A stretch of DNA of 64,000 nt from an uncultured bacterium (GTDB lineage: Bacteria; Fermentibacterota; Fermentibacteria; Fermentibacterales; JCC-6). Location: assembly GCA_964553045.1 (NCBI GenBank), contig CAZKJG010000003.1:81829-145828 (forward strand), read 5' to 3'. The notes below the pieces were generated by a model. It was not told the origin of the DNA, searched no databases, and worked only from the letters and a program-made list of their open reading frames with translations. Every line of letters starts with the position of its first letter. Position 1 is the stretch's first letter. Positions 45,083 through 54,652 of this stretch are shown piece after piece. Made by a program: the position numbers and the translations under genes.

Positions 45083-45687
45083 TAGAGTGGTTCCTGGGGG
45101 TGCTGGAGGGCAGTCCGCCCGGAGACTGGGTCATTGCGCTGCTGGGCGTCATAGCCCTTGTGGAGACCATGTTCCCGCCGGTTCCGGGTGACCTTCTCTT
45201 CGTGGTGACCGCAGGCTGGGCCAGGATCGGCGGCAGCTCCGCCCCGACCATGGCGGCCGCGGGCTTCCTGGGCTGCATGGTCTCCAGCGTGGGCCTTTAC
45301 GTCTTCGGCCGCACCGCCGGCCGGGCCTTCACCAGGGGCTTCCTGGCCCGCAGGCTGGGGCTGCAGAAGGTCCGCAGGGCGGAGGTTCTCTTTCGGCGGC
45401 ATGGCGCCTTTGCGCTGGTGGCCAGCCGCTTCATTCCCGGCGTCCGTTCCCTGCTGGTGGTGTTGGCGGGGGCCTCCGGAATGGGCCCGGTCCGCAGTAC
45501 ACTGGCGGCCTCCGTCAGCGCGGCGGCCTGGTACGCCCTGCTGGCCGCGGCCGGAGTGCTGGCCGGTGACAACATGGAGACCGCCAGGGCATTCCTGCAC
45601 AGCTACGAGCGCTGGATATGGCTGGCCGCTGGACTGGCGATCCTGGTGTACGCCGGCTTTCATCTCGGCATGAGGAGGAGGGCATGA
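45079..45687 (+). CDS. DedA-family membrane protein
   Basis: ETMFPPVPGD, SRFIPGVRS; TTG start overlapping the ispDF stop. Confidence 0.85.
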   Translation: MIEWFLGVLEGSPPGDWVIALLGVIALVETMFPPVPGDLLFVVTAGWARIGGSSAPTMAAAGFLGCMVSSVGLYVFGRTAGRAFTRGFLARRLGLQKVRRAEVLFRRHGAFALVASRFIPGVRSLLVVLAGASGMGPVRSTLAASVSAAAWYALLAAAGVLAGDNMETARAFLHSYERWIWLAAGLAILVYAGFHLGMRRRA

Positions 45688-47099
45688 GGATTCTGATGGC
45701 CTCGGCCGAGGCCTATCCGCTGGCCAGCACCGGAGGGCTGGCGGGAGTGGTGGGCTCACTGCCCGGCGCCCTGGCCGGAGCGGGGCACCGGGTGGCATTG
45801 GTGATGCCCTTCTACGGCGGAATGGATGTTCCCGGAGGTGCGGAGTGGCTTCCCGGCAGCTTCCGGACCTCCATGGACGAGGAGTTCGGTGTGGCCAGGG
45901 CCCTTCTTCCCGGAACGGACTGTCCGGTATTCCTGGTCAGCCGCAGCCCCCTGTTCGACAGGGAGGGCCTGTACGGTCCCCGGCCGGGTGAGGTCTGGCC
46001 CGACAACTCACGTAGATTCGCCTTCTTCTGCCGGGCGGCTGTGACTCTGCTGGAGAGCGTCTTCCCCGCCGACGTGGTACACTGTCACGACTGGCACGCC
46101 GGGCTGGTGCCCGCCTACCTCCGCGGCACCGGCCAGCCCACCGTGACCACCATCCACAACCTTGCCTTTCAGGGCCGCTTTCCCTGCTCGGAGTACGATG
46201 TCACGGGCCTCCCCCCCGAGCTGTACACGCCCGAGGGCCTGGAGCTCTGGGGAAGCTTCAGCTTCCTCAAGGCCGGAATAGTCTGGGCCGACATGCTGAC
46301 CACTGTGAGTCCCACATACGCCCGGGAGATACAGACTCCGGGCTCGGGGCACGGCCTGGACGGCCTGCTGCGCAGCCGCTCGGACTCGCTGGTGGGAGTT
46401 CTCAACGGAATAGACTTCCGGTCCTGGGACCCGTCCACCGACCCCAGGCTGGCGGAGAGCTACTGCGCGGGGTCCATCTCCGGAAGGCGCGCGTGCATCG
46501 CTTGGCTGCGAAAGGAGATGGGGGTTCACCGGCGCTTCGATGTCCTGGCCGGAATGGTGGGCCGGCTCACTCCCCAGAAGGGGGTGGATCTTGTTCTCGA
46601 CGCCGCCCCCCGGCTTCTGGAGGAAGGTGTAGGTCTGGTGATCCTGGGGACCGGTGACCGTCTGCTGGAGGAGGGCGCCAGGAGCCTTCAGCAGCGCTTC
46701 CCGGGGGGAGTCGGCGTCCGCGTGGACTACGACGATGCCCTTGCCAGGAAGATATTCGCCGGCTCGGACCTGTTCCTGATGCCCAGCAGGTTCGAGCCCT
46801 GTGGCCTGGGCCAGATGATGGCCATGCGCTACGGGGCGGTGCCGGTGGTGAGGGCCACCGGAGGTCTGGCCGACACGGTGACAGACGCGGGCGAAGACCC
46901 CGGCGGAAACGGCTTCGTCTTCGGGCCGGCCACGGCGCCGGCCCTGGAGACCGCGGTACTCAGAGCGGCCGAATTCCGTCGCGACAGACGGTGGCCCTGG
47001 CTGGTGAAGAGGTGCATGGGAGTAGACAGCTCCTGGTCCGGAAGGGTGGGGGCCTACGAGAAAGTGTACCGGCGCGCCCTTGAGAAGGGGGGAGCGTAG
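45684..47099 (+). CDS. glgA: Glycogen synthase (GT5)
   Basis: EAYPLASTGGL, HCHDWH, TIHNLAFQG, NGID, PSRFEPCGLGQM, TGGLADTV. Confidence 0.93.
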   Translation: MRILMASAEAYPLASTGGLAGVVGSLPGALAGAGHRVALVMPFYGGMDVPGGAEWLPGSFRTSMDEEFGVARALLPGTDCPVFLVSRSPLFDREGLYGPRPGEVWPDNSRRFAFFCRAAVTLLESVFPADVVHCHDWHAGLVPAYLRGTGQPTVTTIHNLAFQGRFPCSEYDVTGLPPELYTPEGLELWGSFSFLKAGIVWADMLTTVSPTYAREIQTPGSGHGLDGLLRSRSDSLVGVLNGIDFRSWDPSTDPRLAESYCAGSISGRRACIAWLRKEMGVHRRFDVLAGMVGRLTPQKGVDLVLDAAPRLLEEGVGLVILGTGDRLLEEGARSLQQRFPGGVGVRVDYDDALARKIFAGSDLFLMPSRFEPCGLGQMMAMRYGAVPVVRATGGLADTVTDAGEDPGGNGFVFGPATAPALETAVLRAAEFRRDRRWPWLVKRCMGVDSSWSGRVGAYEKVYRRALEKGGA

Positions 47100-47831
47100 A
47101 TGGGCTCGAACGTCCTGGCCGGCGCGGCTCTGGCCCCTGTCAGGCAGCTCTGGCAGCCGGCGGAGTCCTACCGGGAGCTGGCCCGCCGACCGGGTCTGGT
47201 CCTGGTTTCCGCGCTGGCGGTCATTCTACTCTCCAACGCCGCACTGGTGCCCCTGCTGTTCGGAGAGGGGGCCATCGAGGAGTCCAGGCATGACCTCTCG
47301 CGGCGGCTGGTGACGGAGGGAAGAAGCGCGGCGGAGGCCGACAGCCTGTCGGCCGCCCAGGCGGAGGCCTTCCGGGAGGGTCGGTGGGCCATTCCCCTCA
47401 TCGAGCTTCTTACCCGCGCCTTCTACGCACTCGTGGGCGGCCTGGCCACCTTTGGCGTAGTGTACGCCGCCAGCTGGGACTGGAAGCGCAGCCTGTGGAC
47501 GCACCTTGAGGCGGCCTGGATGGCCATGGCGGCATACGCCCTGGTATCGCTGGCCCTGGCGGCGCTCTCCCGGCTGCTGGGGGCCGCCTGGCTGGGAGGC
47601 CCCTCCCCGGCCATGCTGCTGCCCATTCCGGCCGAGCCCTCCAGGATGTTCGTCTTCACATACCGTTTCCTCCAACACATGGACCTGCAGTCCGCGGCCA
47701 CGGTGGCGGTCTGGGGCATAGGGGTGTCATCTTTATTTGAGCGATCACGGTCATTTGGGCTAAAGCTGGTGGCCTTTGTATATTCGTGTGGTCTCTTTCT
47801 GCTGGCGGCGCCCGTACTGCTGGCCGGCTGA
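47100..47831 (+). CDS. Yip1-family-like membrane protein
   Basis: About 5 TM helices with N-terminal QPAESYRELARRP pattern. Confidence 0.6.
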   Translation: MGSNVLAGAALAPVRQLWQPAESYRELARRPGLVLVSALAVILLSNAALVPLLFGEGAIEESRHDLSRRLVTEGRSAAEADSLSAAQAEAFREGRWAIPLIELLTRAFYALVGGLATFGVVYAASWDWKRSLWTHLEAAWMAMAAYALVSLALAALSRLLGAAWLGGPSPAMLLPIPAEPSRMFVFTYRFLQHMDLQSAATVAVWGIGVSSLFERSRSFGLKLVAFVYSCGLFLLAAPVLLAG

Positions 47832-47866
47832 GTCCAGGCGCGACAGACATTCCGACGGGAGGGAAG

Positions 47867-49171
47867 ATGATGATGGCAGCCTCTCTGCTTCTGACAGCGG
47901 CCCTTGCGGCATCCGGGGGCTCCCAGGCGGGTGATTCCCTGGCCCTGGACCTCTCCGGCTGGGTCTCGACGGCCCTGGATGAGTCCCCCGACATGGCGTC
48001 GTCGCGGGCTTCGGTGGACATCGCCGAGGCCGGAGTTCAGGGAAGCAGGTCCTTCCTCTGGCCCGATCTGGCCCTTTCGGCATCCGCCGGACACACCTGG
48101 ACCGGTCCCGGCGACCTTCCCGGGGGAACCGAGCAGGACTACTCCACATACTCCTATTCCCTGACCATTACCCAGGAGCTTCTCGGCCAGGGCGGCGCCA
48201 GCTGGCTGGACCTGTCCGCAAGCCGGCATTCCCTGACGGCCGCCCGGGCCACCCATCGCGAACAGGTGCTGGCAAAGGTCATGGACGTGATATCCGCCTA
48301 CTACGCTGTCGTCGAGGCCCGCGAGCTCCTGGAGTCGGCCCGGCGGGCGCACCGCCGCAGCTCGGGACAGCTGGAGCGTACGCAATCCCTCTACGACGTG
48401 GGCGGCGCCACATCCCTGGAGCTCACCCAGGCCCGGGTTGGCGAGAGTGGCGACCGACTGACAGTCGCTCGGCGCCGGCAGGCACTGACCGCCGCCTACT
48501 ACGACCTGTACGAGGCTGCCGGCATCGAGCCCGACGGGAGGTATTCCGTAGGATTCGATGCCGTTCTGGAGCCTCTCTCGAAGGAGGAGGCACGATCCAT
48601 CGTTCTGGACTACGGCGACAATCCCGGCCTGGTCGCCGCCGAGGCGGACGTACGGGAGAGCTCCGCTTCGCTTTCGGCCAGGAAGCGCAGCTACTGGCCC
48701 AGCCTGTCCGCCAGTGGCAGCTGGAGCTGGAGCGACGACGAGCCGGAGCCGGCGGAGATCCCGAAGAACGACAGCTGGAACGTCTCGCTGAACCTGAGCT
48801 GGTCGATATTCGACGGCTGGCTGCGGGAGAGCCGGGTGCAGACCTCCAGGGCGTCATACCTGAGGAGCAGGGCCACGCTGGAGAGCGTAGAACGGTCGCT
48901 GGCCACCGGAACCGCAAGCGCCAGGGACCAGCTGCTGAACTCCATCGAGAGCTACAGGATAGCCCTGATGGCACGGGACCAGGCCGGCCGGCAGCTGGAG
49001 CTTTCCTCGCGCAGCTACGAGATGGGGGGCGTCAGCCTGCTGGACCTGCTGGACGCCCAGCAGCAGCTGGCGGAAGCCGAGGCTTCCGTGGTTAGCGCGC
49101 GCAGGGAGTGTCTGGTGCAGGAGGCGCAGCTGCTGGCGCAGCTGGGCCGGATGCCGAGGCTGGGGGAGTAG
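47867..49171 (+). CDS. TolC-family outer membrane efflux protein
   Basis: Signal peptide; two repeats with P-x-L-S-x-S motifs (WPDLALSAS, WPSLSASG); coiled helices; LLDLLDAQ. Confidence 0.85.
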   Translation: MMMAASLLLTAALAASGGSQAGDSLALDLSGWVSTALDESPDMASSRASVDIAEAGVQGSRSFLWPDLALSASAGHTWTGPGDLPGGTEQDYSTYSYSLTITQELLGQGGASWLDLSASRHSLTAARATHREQVLAKVMDVISAYYAVVEARELLESARRAHRRSSGQLERTQSLYDVGGATSLELTQARVGESGDRLTVARRRQALTAAYYDLYEAAGIEPDGRYSVGFDAVLEPLSKEEARSIVLDYGDNPGLVAAEADVRESSASLSARKRSYWPSLSASGSWSWSDDEPEPAEIPKNDSWNVSLNLSWSIFDGWLRESRVQTSRASYLRSRATLESVERSLATGTASARDQLLNSIESYRIALMARDQAGRQLELSSRSYEMGGVSLLDLLDAQQQLAEAEASVVSARRECLVQEAQLLAQLGRMPRLGE

Positions 49172-49235
49172 GTCATGGGCCGGAAACTGTACAGGAGTTG
49201 CGGGATCGGACGCAAACGCGACTGAAGGAGATTAC

Positions 49236-50165
49236 ATGGGCAGGATCGCATTCATCTTCCCCGGCCAGGGGTCGCAGAAGGTGGGAATGGACGGGCACCT
49301 CAGGGACCGCGAATCCGCGGCCGAGGTGCTGGAGATGGCCGAGGGCCTGGGCCATGGGGCGCCTCTGTCGGAGCTGATATCGAATGGGCCGGAGGACCTG
49401 CTGACCAGGACCGACAACGTTCAGCCGGCCATCACCCTGGTCAGCCTGGCCGCTCTGGCCGTCCTCGAAGAGGCCGGCCTGAAGCCCGAGGCGGTGGCCG
49501 GACACAGCCTGGGCGAGTACTCGGCCCTCTCGGCGGCGGGAGTGATAACGGAGGCCGATGCACTCAGGCTCACCGCAAGACGCGGCGAGCTCATGCAGCG
49601 GTGCGCCTCCCGTTATCCGGGAGGCATGCTGGCCCTGCTGGGAATTGGCCTGGAGGAGACACGGGCCTGCGTTGAGAAGGCCTCCGGCCTGGGGCCGGTG
49701 GGAATAGCCAACATGAACTCCCCCGGGCAGGTGGTTATCTCGGGCGCCAGCGAGCCGTTGAGGAAGGCGGGCGAGCTGTGCCGCGAGATGGGCGCCCGAC
49801 GGGTGATTCCGCTGAAGGTATCGGGTGCCTGGCACTCCCCGCTTATGGAGGAGGCGGCCGAGGGTCTGGGGCGGGAGCTTGCATCCACCGAGTTCCGCGA
49901 GCCCTCCCTGCCCCTGGTGGCCAACGTCACCGCCGATTACCTGGAGAGCGGCGGAAGGGCCGCGGACCTCCTGCGCAGACAGGTTGTCTCTCCCGTTCTC
50001 TGGGCTGAATCGATGAAGAGGCTCGTGGCGGATGGATTCGACGTGTTCGTGGAGGTGGGCCCGGGCTCGGTCCTTCAGGGGCTGCTGCGGCGAAGCCGGG
50101 ACGTGACCGCGTACGGGACCGGCAGCGAGGAGGACCTGCGGAGGACCCTGGAGGAGCTCGCCTGA
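49236..50165 (+). CDS. fabD: Malonyl-CoA-ACP transacylase
   Basis: FPGQGSQ, GHSLGEY, NSPGQVVISG, VSGAWHS, EVGPGSVL. Confidence 0.96.
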   Translation: MGRIAFIFPGQGSQKVGMDGHLRDRESAAEVLEMAEGLGHGAPLSELISNGPEDLLTRTDNVQPAITLVSLAALAVLEEAGLKPEAVAGHSLGEYSALSAAGVITEADALRLTARRGELMQRCASRYPGGMLALLGIGLEETRACVEKASGLGPVGIANMNSPGQVVISGASEPLRKAGELCREMGARRVIPLKVSGAWHSPLMEEAAEGLGRELASTEFREPSLPLVANVTADYLESGGRAADLLRRQVVSPVLWAESMKRLVADGFDVFVEVGPGSVLQGLLRRSRDVTAYGTGSEEDLRRTLEELA

Positions 50166-52960
50166 TGGACCTCGACCTGGGTGCCGCGCCGGAGGGCGGA
50201 ATCGGCGATTCGCAGCTGATAGACAGTCTGCCGGTGGGGGTCTACCATACCTCGGAGGCCGGCAGGATACTGCGGGCCAACCCCGAGATGGCCGCGATGT
50301 TCGGGTACGACAGCCCCAGCGAGATGCTGAACGTGCGGGCATCGGACCTGTACGTGCATTCCGATGATGCCGCCGAGCTGAGAAGCCTGCTGGAAGAGCG
50401 GGATGTGGTATCCCAGCGCACCCGGGAGATGAAGCGCCGCGACGGCAGCCCTATCTGGGTGGAGGAGAGCGTTCGGGCCATTCGTGACCGGGAGGGCGGC
50501 CTCGTGGGGCTGCGGGGCATCCTTCAGAACGTCACCGACGCCAGGAGGGCCCGCCGGGCCCTCACCCGCAGCGAAGCCATGCACAGGTCCCTCTTCCAGA
50601 ACGCGGGCGACGCCCTCTTCGTCATGGAGGGCAGCAAGTTCATCGACTGCAACAAGGCCACCGAGACCGTATTCCGAATGGACCGGGACGAGGTGCTACA
50701 GGCCCATCCCTGGGACCTCTCCCCGCCGACACAGCCCAGCGGGGGCGATTCCCGGGAGATGGCCGAGGAGAAGATGGCAAAGGCCCTGGACGGTCAGTCC
50801 CAGTTCTTCTCATGGATGCACCGCCGGGGCGATGGGACCGACTTTCCGGCGGAGGTGAGCCTGGTCCGGGTGGACGCGGAAGACCGCCAGCTGGTTCAGG
50901 CCCGGGTGCACGACGTAACACGCAGGCAGCAGGTACTGGACGAGCTGTCTGCCCGGGAGCGCGTACTGGAGGCCGTAAGTGTGGCCTCGACCCTGTTCCT
51001 CAGCTCCATTCCTCCCTGGCGCGACAGCATCGAGGAGGTGCTGGCGCGGGTAGCCCGGGCCACCGACTCCTCGTCGGCCATGCTGCTGGTGGGCAACGGC
51101 GAACGCCCATCTGCATTCATCTCTCCGGCCATGTCGGCCGAAGCCGAGGCCTTTCGAGAGGTCGTTGAGAAACCCGGGAACTTCGGCCTGCTGGCCCGGC
51201 TGGCCCGGCTGGAGGGCCCCTTCTCGGGGGAATGCGCCCGGCTTCCCGGCGGTCTCTCGAAACTGCTGGAAGACCGCTGCCGGTCCTGCCTGGCCATGCC
51301 GGTGAAGGTCGACGGCAGCCCCTGGGGCTGTCTGCTGCTCACATCGAAGCTCAGCGGCGCCTTTCCCCACCCGGTGGTGGACGCCTGTGCCATAGCGGCG
51401 CGACTCGTATCGGCGGCGGTCTCCGCGGAACGTTTCCGCAGCCGGCTGGCCGCCGAGAAGGAGAAGCTGGAGGTTACCTTCTCCACCATAGAGGACGCGG
51501 TGATCACCACGGACTTCGCAGGGAACGTGCTCTTCTTCAACCGGGCGGCGGAGGACCTCACCGACATGCCTGTGCGAACGGCCAGCGGGCAAAACCTCCT
51601 GGATTCCATGGAACTCGTCGAGCCGGACTCCAGCCGCCCGCTGACCTGGCAGCGGATCACCCGTCTGGGAACGGCCTCTCTGGACGAGGGTGGCAAGCGG
51701 GCCATGGAGTGCAGGTACTGCAGCGGCTCCGAGAAGAAGCCGATGCGTCTGAGCGTCCGGTGCCTTAGCGGGCCCAGCGAGGGGTTCGTCATCATACTGC
51801 GCGACACAACCTGGGAGAGGCGGCTGGCCGAGGAGAAGGCCAGGGCCCAGAGGCTTGAGTCGCTGGGAGTTCTGGCCGGCGGCATCGCGCACGACTTCAA
51901 CAACTCGCTTACGGCGATTCTCTCCGGCCTGGAGCTCTCCAAGCTCCGCTCCGACCCCGAGAAGAAGCGGGCGATTCTGAGCGAGGTGGAGCGGGCGGCC
52001 GTCAGCGCCCGGGGTCTGACTCGACAGCTGCTGACATTCTCGCGCGGCGGAGCCCCGTTGGCCAGACCCATGCGGATCACCGACATGATCAGGGAGACGG
52101 CCGGATTCGTGCTCAGCGGCACCAACTGCGAGATGAGCTTTCGGGCCGAGGAGGGGCTGTGGCCGGTACAGGCCGACGAGGCCCAGATCAGCCAGGTCGT
52201 GAACAACCTGGTTCTCAACTCCCGCCAGGCCATGCCCTCCGGGGGGACCATCTCCATCCGCCTGAGCAACCAGAGGGTGAACGGAGAGGGCGGCCTGCCC
52301 CTCTCGCCCGGGAAGTACGTGAGGATCGAGATAGAGGACGAGGGCACGGGAATCCCCGAGGAGATGCTTCCGAGAATATTCGACCCCTACTTCACCACCA
52401 AGGGAGAGGGAAGCGGACTGGGCCTCGCCACCACTCACTCCATCGTGGGCAGGCACGGGGGCCACATCGACGTGGAATCCACACCCGGCAGGGGGACCCG
52501 TTTCGCCATCCTTCTGCCCGTCGCGGACAAGAAGCCCGCGGACGCCTCGGTCTCACCCGCCGAAAGCCCCCTGAGGGGAAGGGTGCTGCTGATGGACGAC
52601 GACAGATCCGTCCTGGCCACGGCGGGCCAGCTCATAGAGGCCCTGGGCTGCGCCTTGGACAAGGTCTCGGAGGGCCGGGCAGCCATAGACGCCTACAGGG
52701 CCGCCCTGGAGGAGGGACGCCCCTTCGACGCCGTGATAATGGACCTGACCGTCCAGGGCGGCATGGGCGGGGCTACGGCGGCCGGTGAGATAGTCGAGCT
52801 CGACCCCTCGGCGCGGCTGGTGGTATCCAGCGGGTACTCCAACGATCCCGTCATGTCCGATTTCGCGGATTACGGCTTCGTGGACTGCATAGCCAAGCCG
52901 TACACCATGAAGGAGCTGCACGACCTGCTGTCACGGGTTCTCAGCCCCGAGGAGGACTGA
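50165..52960 (+). CDS. Hybrid sensor histidine kinase (PAS-PAS-GAF-like-PAS-HisKA-HATPase-REC)
   Basis: AHDFNNSL, NLVLNSRQA, FDPYFTTKGEGSGLGL, receiver LMDDD...DLTVQGGMGG; ATG overlaps the fabD TGA. Confidence 0.92.
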   Translation: MDLDLGAAPEGGIGDSQLIDSLPVGVYHTSEAGRILRANPEMAAMFGYDSPSEMLNVRASDLYVHSDDAAELRSLLEERDVVSQRTREMKRRDGSPIWVEESVRAIRDREGGLVGLRGILQNVTDARRARRALTRSEAMHRSLFQNAGDALFVMEGSKFIDCNKATETVFRMDRDEVLQAHPWDLSPPTQPSGGDSREMAEEKMAKALDGQSQFFSWMHRRGDGTDFPAEVSLVRVDAEDRQLVQARVHDVTRRQQVLDELSARERVLEAVSVASTLFLSSIPPWRDSIEEVLARVARATDSSSAMLLVGNGERPSAFISPAMSAEAEAFREVVEKPGNFGLLARLARLEGPFSGECARLPGGLSKLLEDRCRSCLAMPVKVDGSPWGCLLLTSKLSGAFPHPVVDACAIAARLVSAAVSAERFRSRLAAEKEKLEVTFSTIEDAVITTDFAGNVLFFNRAAEDLTDMPVRTASGQNLLDSMELVEPDSSRPLTWQRITRLGTASLDEGGKRAMECRYCSGSEKKPMRLSVRCLSGPSEGFVIILRDTTWERRLAEEKARAQRLESLGVLAGGIAHDFNNSLTAILSGLELSKLRSDPEKKRAILSEVERAAVSARGLTRQLLTFSRGGAPLARPMRITDMIRETAGFVLSGTNCEMSFRAEEGLWPVQADEAQISQVVNNLVLNSRQAMPSGGTISIRLSNQRVNGEGGLPLSPGKYVRIEIEDEGTGIPEEMLPRIFDPYFTTKGEGSGLGLATTHSIVGRHGGHIDVESTPGRGTRFAILLPVADKKPADASVSPAESPLRGRVLLMDDDRSVLATAGQLIEALGCALDKVSEGRAAIDAYRAALEEGRPFDAVIMDLTVQGGMGGATAAGEIVELDPSARLVVSSGYSNDPVMSDFADYGFVDCIAKPYTMKELHDLLSRVLSPEED

Positions 52961-52967
52961 GCCTTCT

Positions 52968-53180
52968 TCAGCTGGCCCAGCCGGACCCCCCGCAGCCCGA
53001 GCACTTGTTCACCTCTTCGGTGACATCGTTCTTGATCCTGCCGGTACCGCCGCACCTTCCGCACTTGGTGGGGGGCTCCGGAACGTTCAGGTAGCCGTCC
53101 CCGCCGCATATGTCACAGGGCGAGTTGCCGGGCCCGTCCGTGCCCGTGCCTTCGCACCATGCACACTTCACCATTGCCAT
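52968..53180 (-). CDS. Small stand-alone DnaJ-type zinc-finger protein
   Basis: Four CxxCxGxG repeats (CAWCEGTG, CDICGGDG, CGRCGGTG, CSGCGGSG) in 70 aa; RBS GGAG upstream. Confidence 0.8.
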   Translation of the reverse strand: MAMVKCAWCEGTGTDGPGNSPCDICGGDGYLNVPEPPTKCGRCGGTGRIKNDVTEEVNKCSGCGGSGWAS

Positions 53181-53242
53181 CAGGGGCTCCTTTCGGTTCG
53201 AATGCGTCCACGGGTTGAATCAACAGGTTGCAGGCCCCGTCG

Positions 53243-54559
53243 TCAATCGCCGCGGAGTCCGGCCAGTATTCTCGCGTGCGCGGCGAATGCGATCTCGCGG
53301 ACACCGGAGGGGCGGACCCACATAACCTCCGACGCGTCATCGCCGGCCCGTGGCTCGCCGGTCACGTTCCCGGCCTCCAGGACCGACAGGACCACGCCGC
53401 CGTAGGCGGTGGTGTCGACCTCCGACCCCACCAGCTTCAGGTTGCCGGCGCGAAGCGATGTCTCCTCCATCAGCTCCCTCCTGCCGCACTCGAAAACCGT
53501 CTCCCCCAGCTCCAGGAAGCCTCCCGGAAGCGAGAGCATCCCCCTGGCCGGGGGCACCGCCCTTCGTACCAGCAGCACCTTTTCGCCCCTCCGGACAATG
53601 ATCGTAACCGCCGGAAGGGGGTTGCGGTACGCAACCATGCCGCAGTCGGGACAGATCGGCGGAGGGCCCTCGTCGAAGACGAGCAATGCGCCGCAGCGGG
53701 CGCAGAATCGGGGCTCGAGGTAGAAGGCCTCTCCGTCGCGCTTTCGGGGCATCGGCCCGGCCGGGGGAAGGTGCCCGGGAACCGGCCCGCCCCCCAGCAT
53801 GACGCCGCCACGAATCGTCTGGCGCAGGTAGGTGAGGGATGAGGAGACGGCCTGTTCGCTCCCCCAGCCCAGGGCCAGGCCGGCGGCCAGGGCCGAGCCC
53901 AGCGTGCATCCGGTTCCGTGCACCTTGCCCGGGTAGATGCGCCTTCCCGGGAACCAGCGGCCGCCCTCCTCGGCGGCCAGGTAGTCGGCCGGTTCACCCT
54001 CCAGATGTCCGCCCTTGACCAGAGCGGCGCCGGCACCCATCCGCAGCAGAAGCTCCCCGGCGCGCTCCATGCCTTTCCTGTCACGCACCTCCAGCCCGGT
54101 CAGGGCCTCGGCCTCGTCCAGGTTGGGGGTTATCAGGTCGGACCTGGGCAGCAGGCGGTCCCTCATCACCGCCATCAGGTCGGCGCCGTGCAGGCTGTCG
54201 CCGCTTCCCGCCACCAGAACCGGGTCCAGAACGTAAAGGGCGTCGGTCAGGCGATTCTCGAGGCTGTGGGCCAGCCTTTGGGCCATCGCCCCGCTTCCCA
54301 GCATTCCGCTCTTGACGGAGGCCGGCGAGCAGTCGTCGCAAACGGCGTCCAGCTGGGCGGCGAAGAGATCCTCCTCCACGGCGCGCCAATCCCTCACGCC
54401 CCGGGTGTTCTGTACGGTGACGGCGGTAACGGCAAGGCAGCCGTGACATCCCAGGGCTGCAACGGCCTTCAGATCGGCCGCCAGGCCCGCTCCGCCGCTG
54501 GGGTCGGTCCCGCCGGCCAGCAGAACCACCGGCCTGCTTCCCCCCAGCTTCTCCCGCAT
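53243..54559 (-). CDS. thiD: Fusion of HMP/HMP-P kinase (ThiD-like) and Zn-ribbon Nudix hydrolase
   Basis: GTDPSGGAGLAAD, VQNT, KSGML, TPNLDEA, KGGHL, HGTGCT; then CARC..CPDC and Nudix box GGFLELGETVFECGRRELMEETSL; ATG 54559. Confidence 0.88.
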   Translation of the reverse strand: MREKLGGSRPVVLLAGGTDPSGGAGLAADLKAVAALGCHGCLAVTAVTVQNTRGVRDWRAVEEDLFAAQLDAVCDDCSPASVKSGMLGSGAMAQRLAHSLENRLTDALYVLDPVLVAGSGDSLHGADLMAVMRDRLLPRSDLITPNLDEAEALTGLEVRDRKGMERAGELLLRMGAGAALVKGGHLEGEPADYLAAEEGGRWFPGRRIYPGKVHGTGCTLGSALAAGLALGWGSEQAVSSSLTYLRQTIRGGVMLGGGPVPGHLPPAGPMPRKRDGEAFYLEPRFCARCGALLVFDEGPPPICPDCGMVAYRNPLPAVTIIVRRGEKVLLVRRAVPPARGMLSLPGGFLELGETVFECGRRELMEETSLRAGNLKLVGSEVDTTAYGGVVLSVLEAGNVTGEPRAGDDASEVMWVRPSGVREIAFAAHARILAGLRGD

Positions 54560-54652
54560 GCTTCCTCCCCTCAAGCCTGACCCACCGCCCAGCATTAATC
54601 CATATGCGGCCGCGGGCAAGCCCCACCGCCCATCTACCTGGATACTCGGTGT

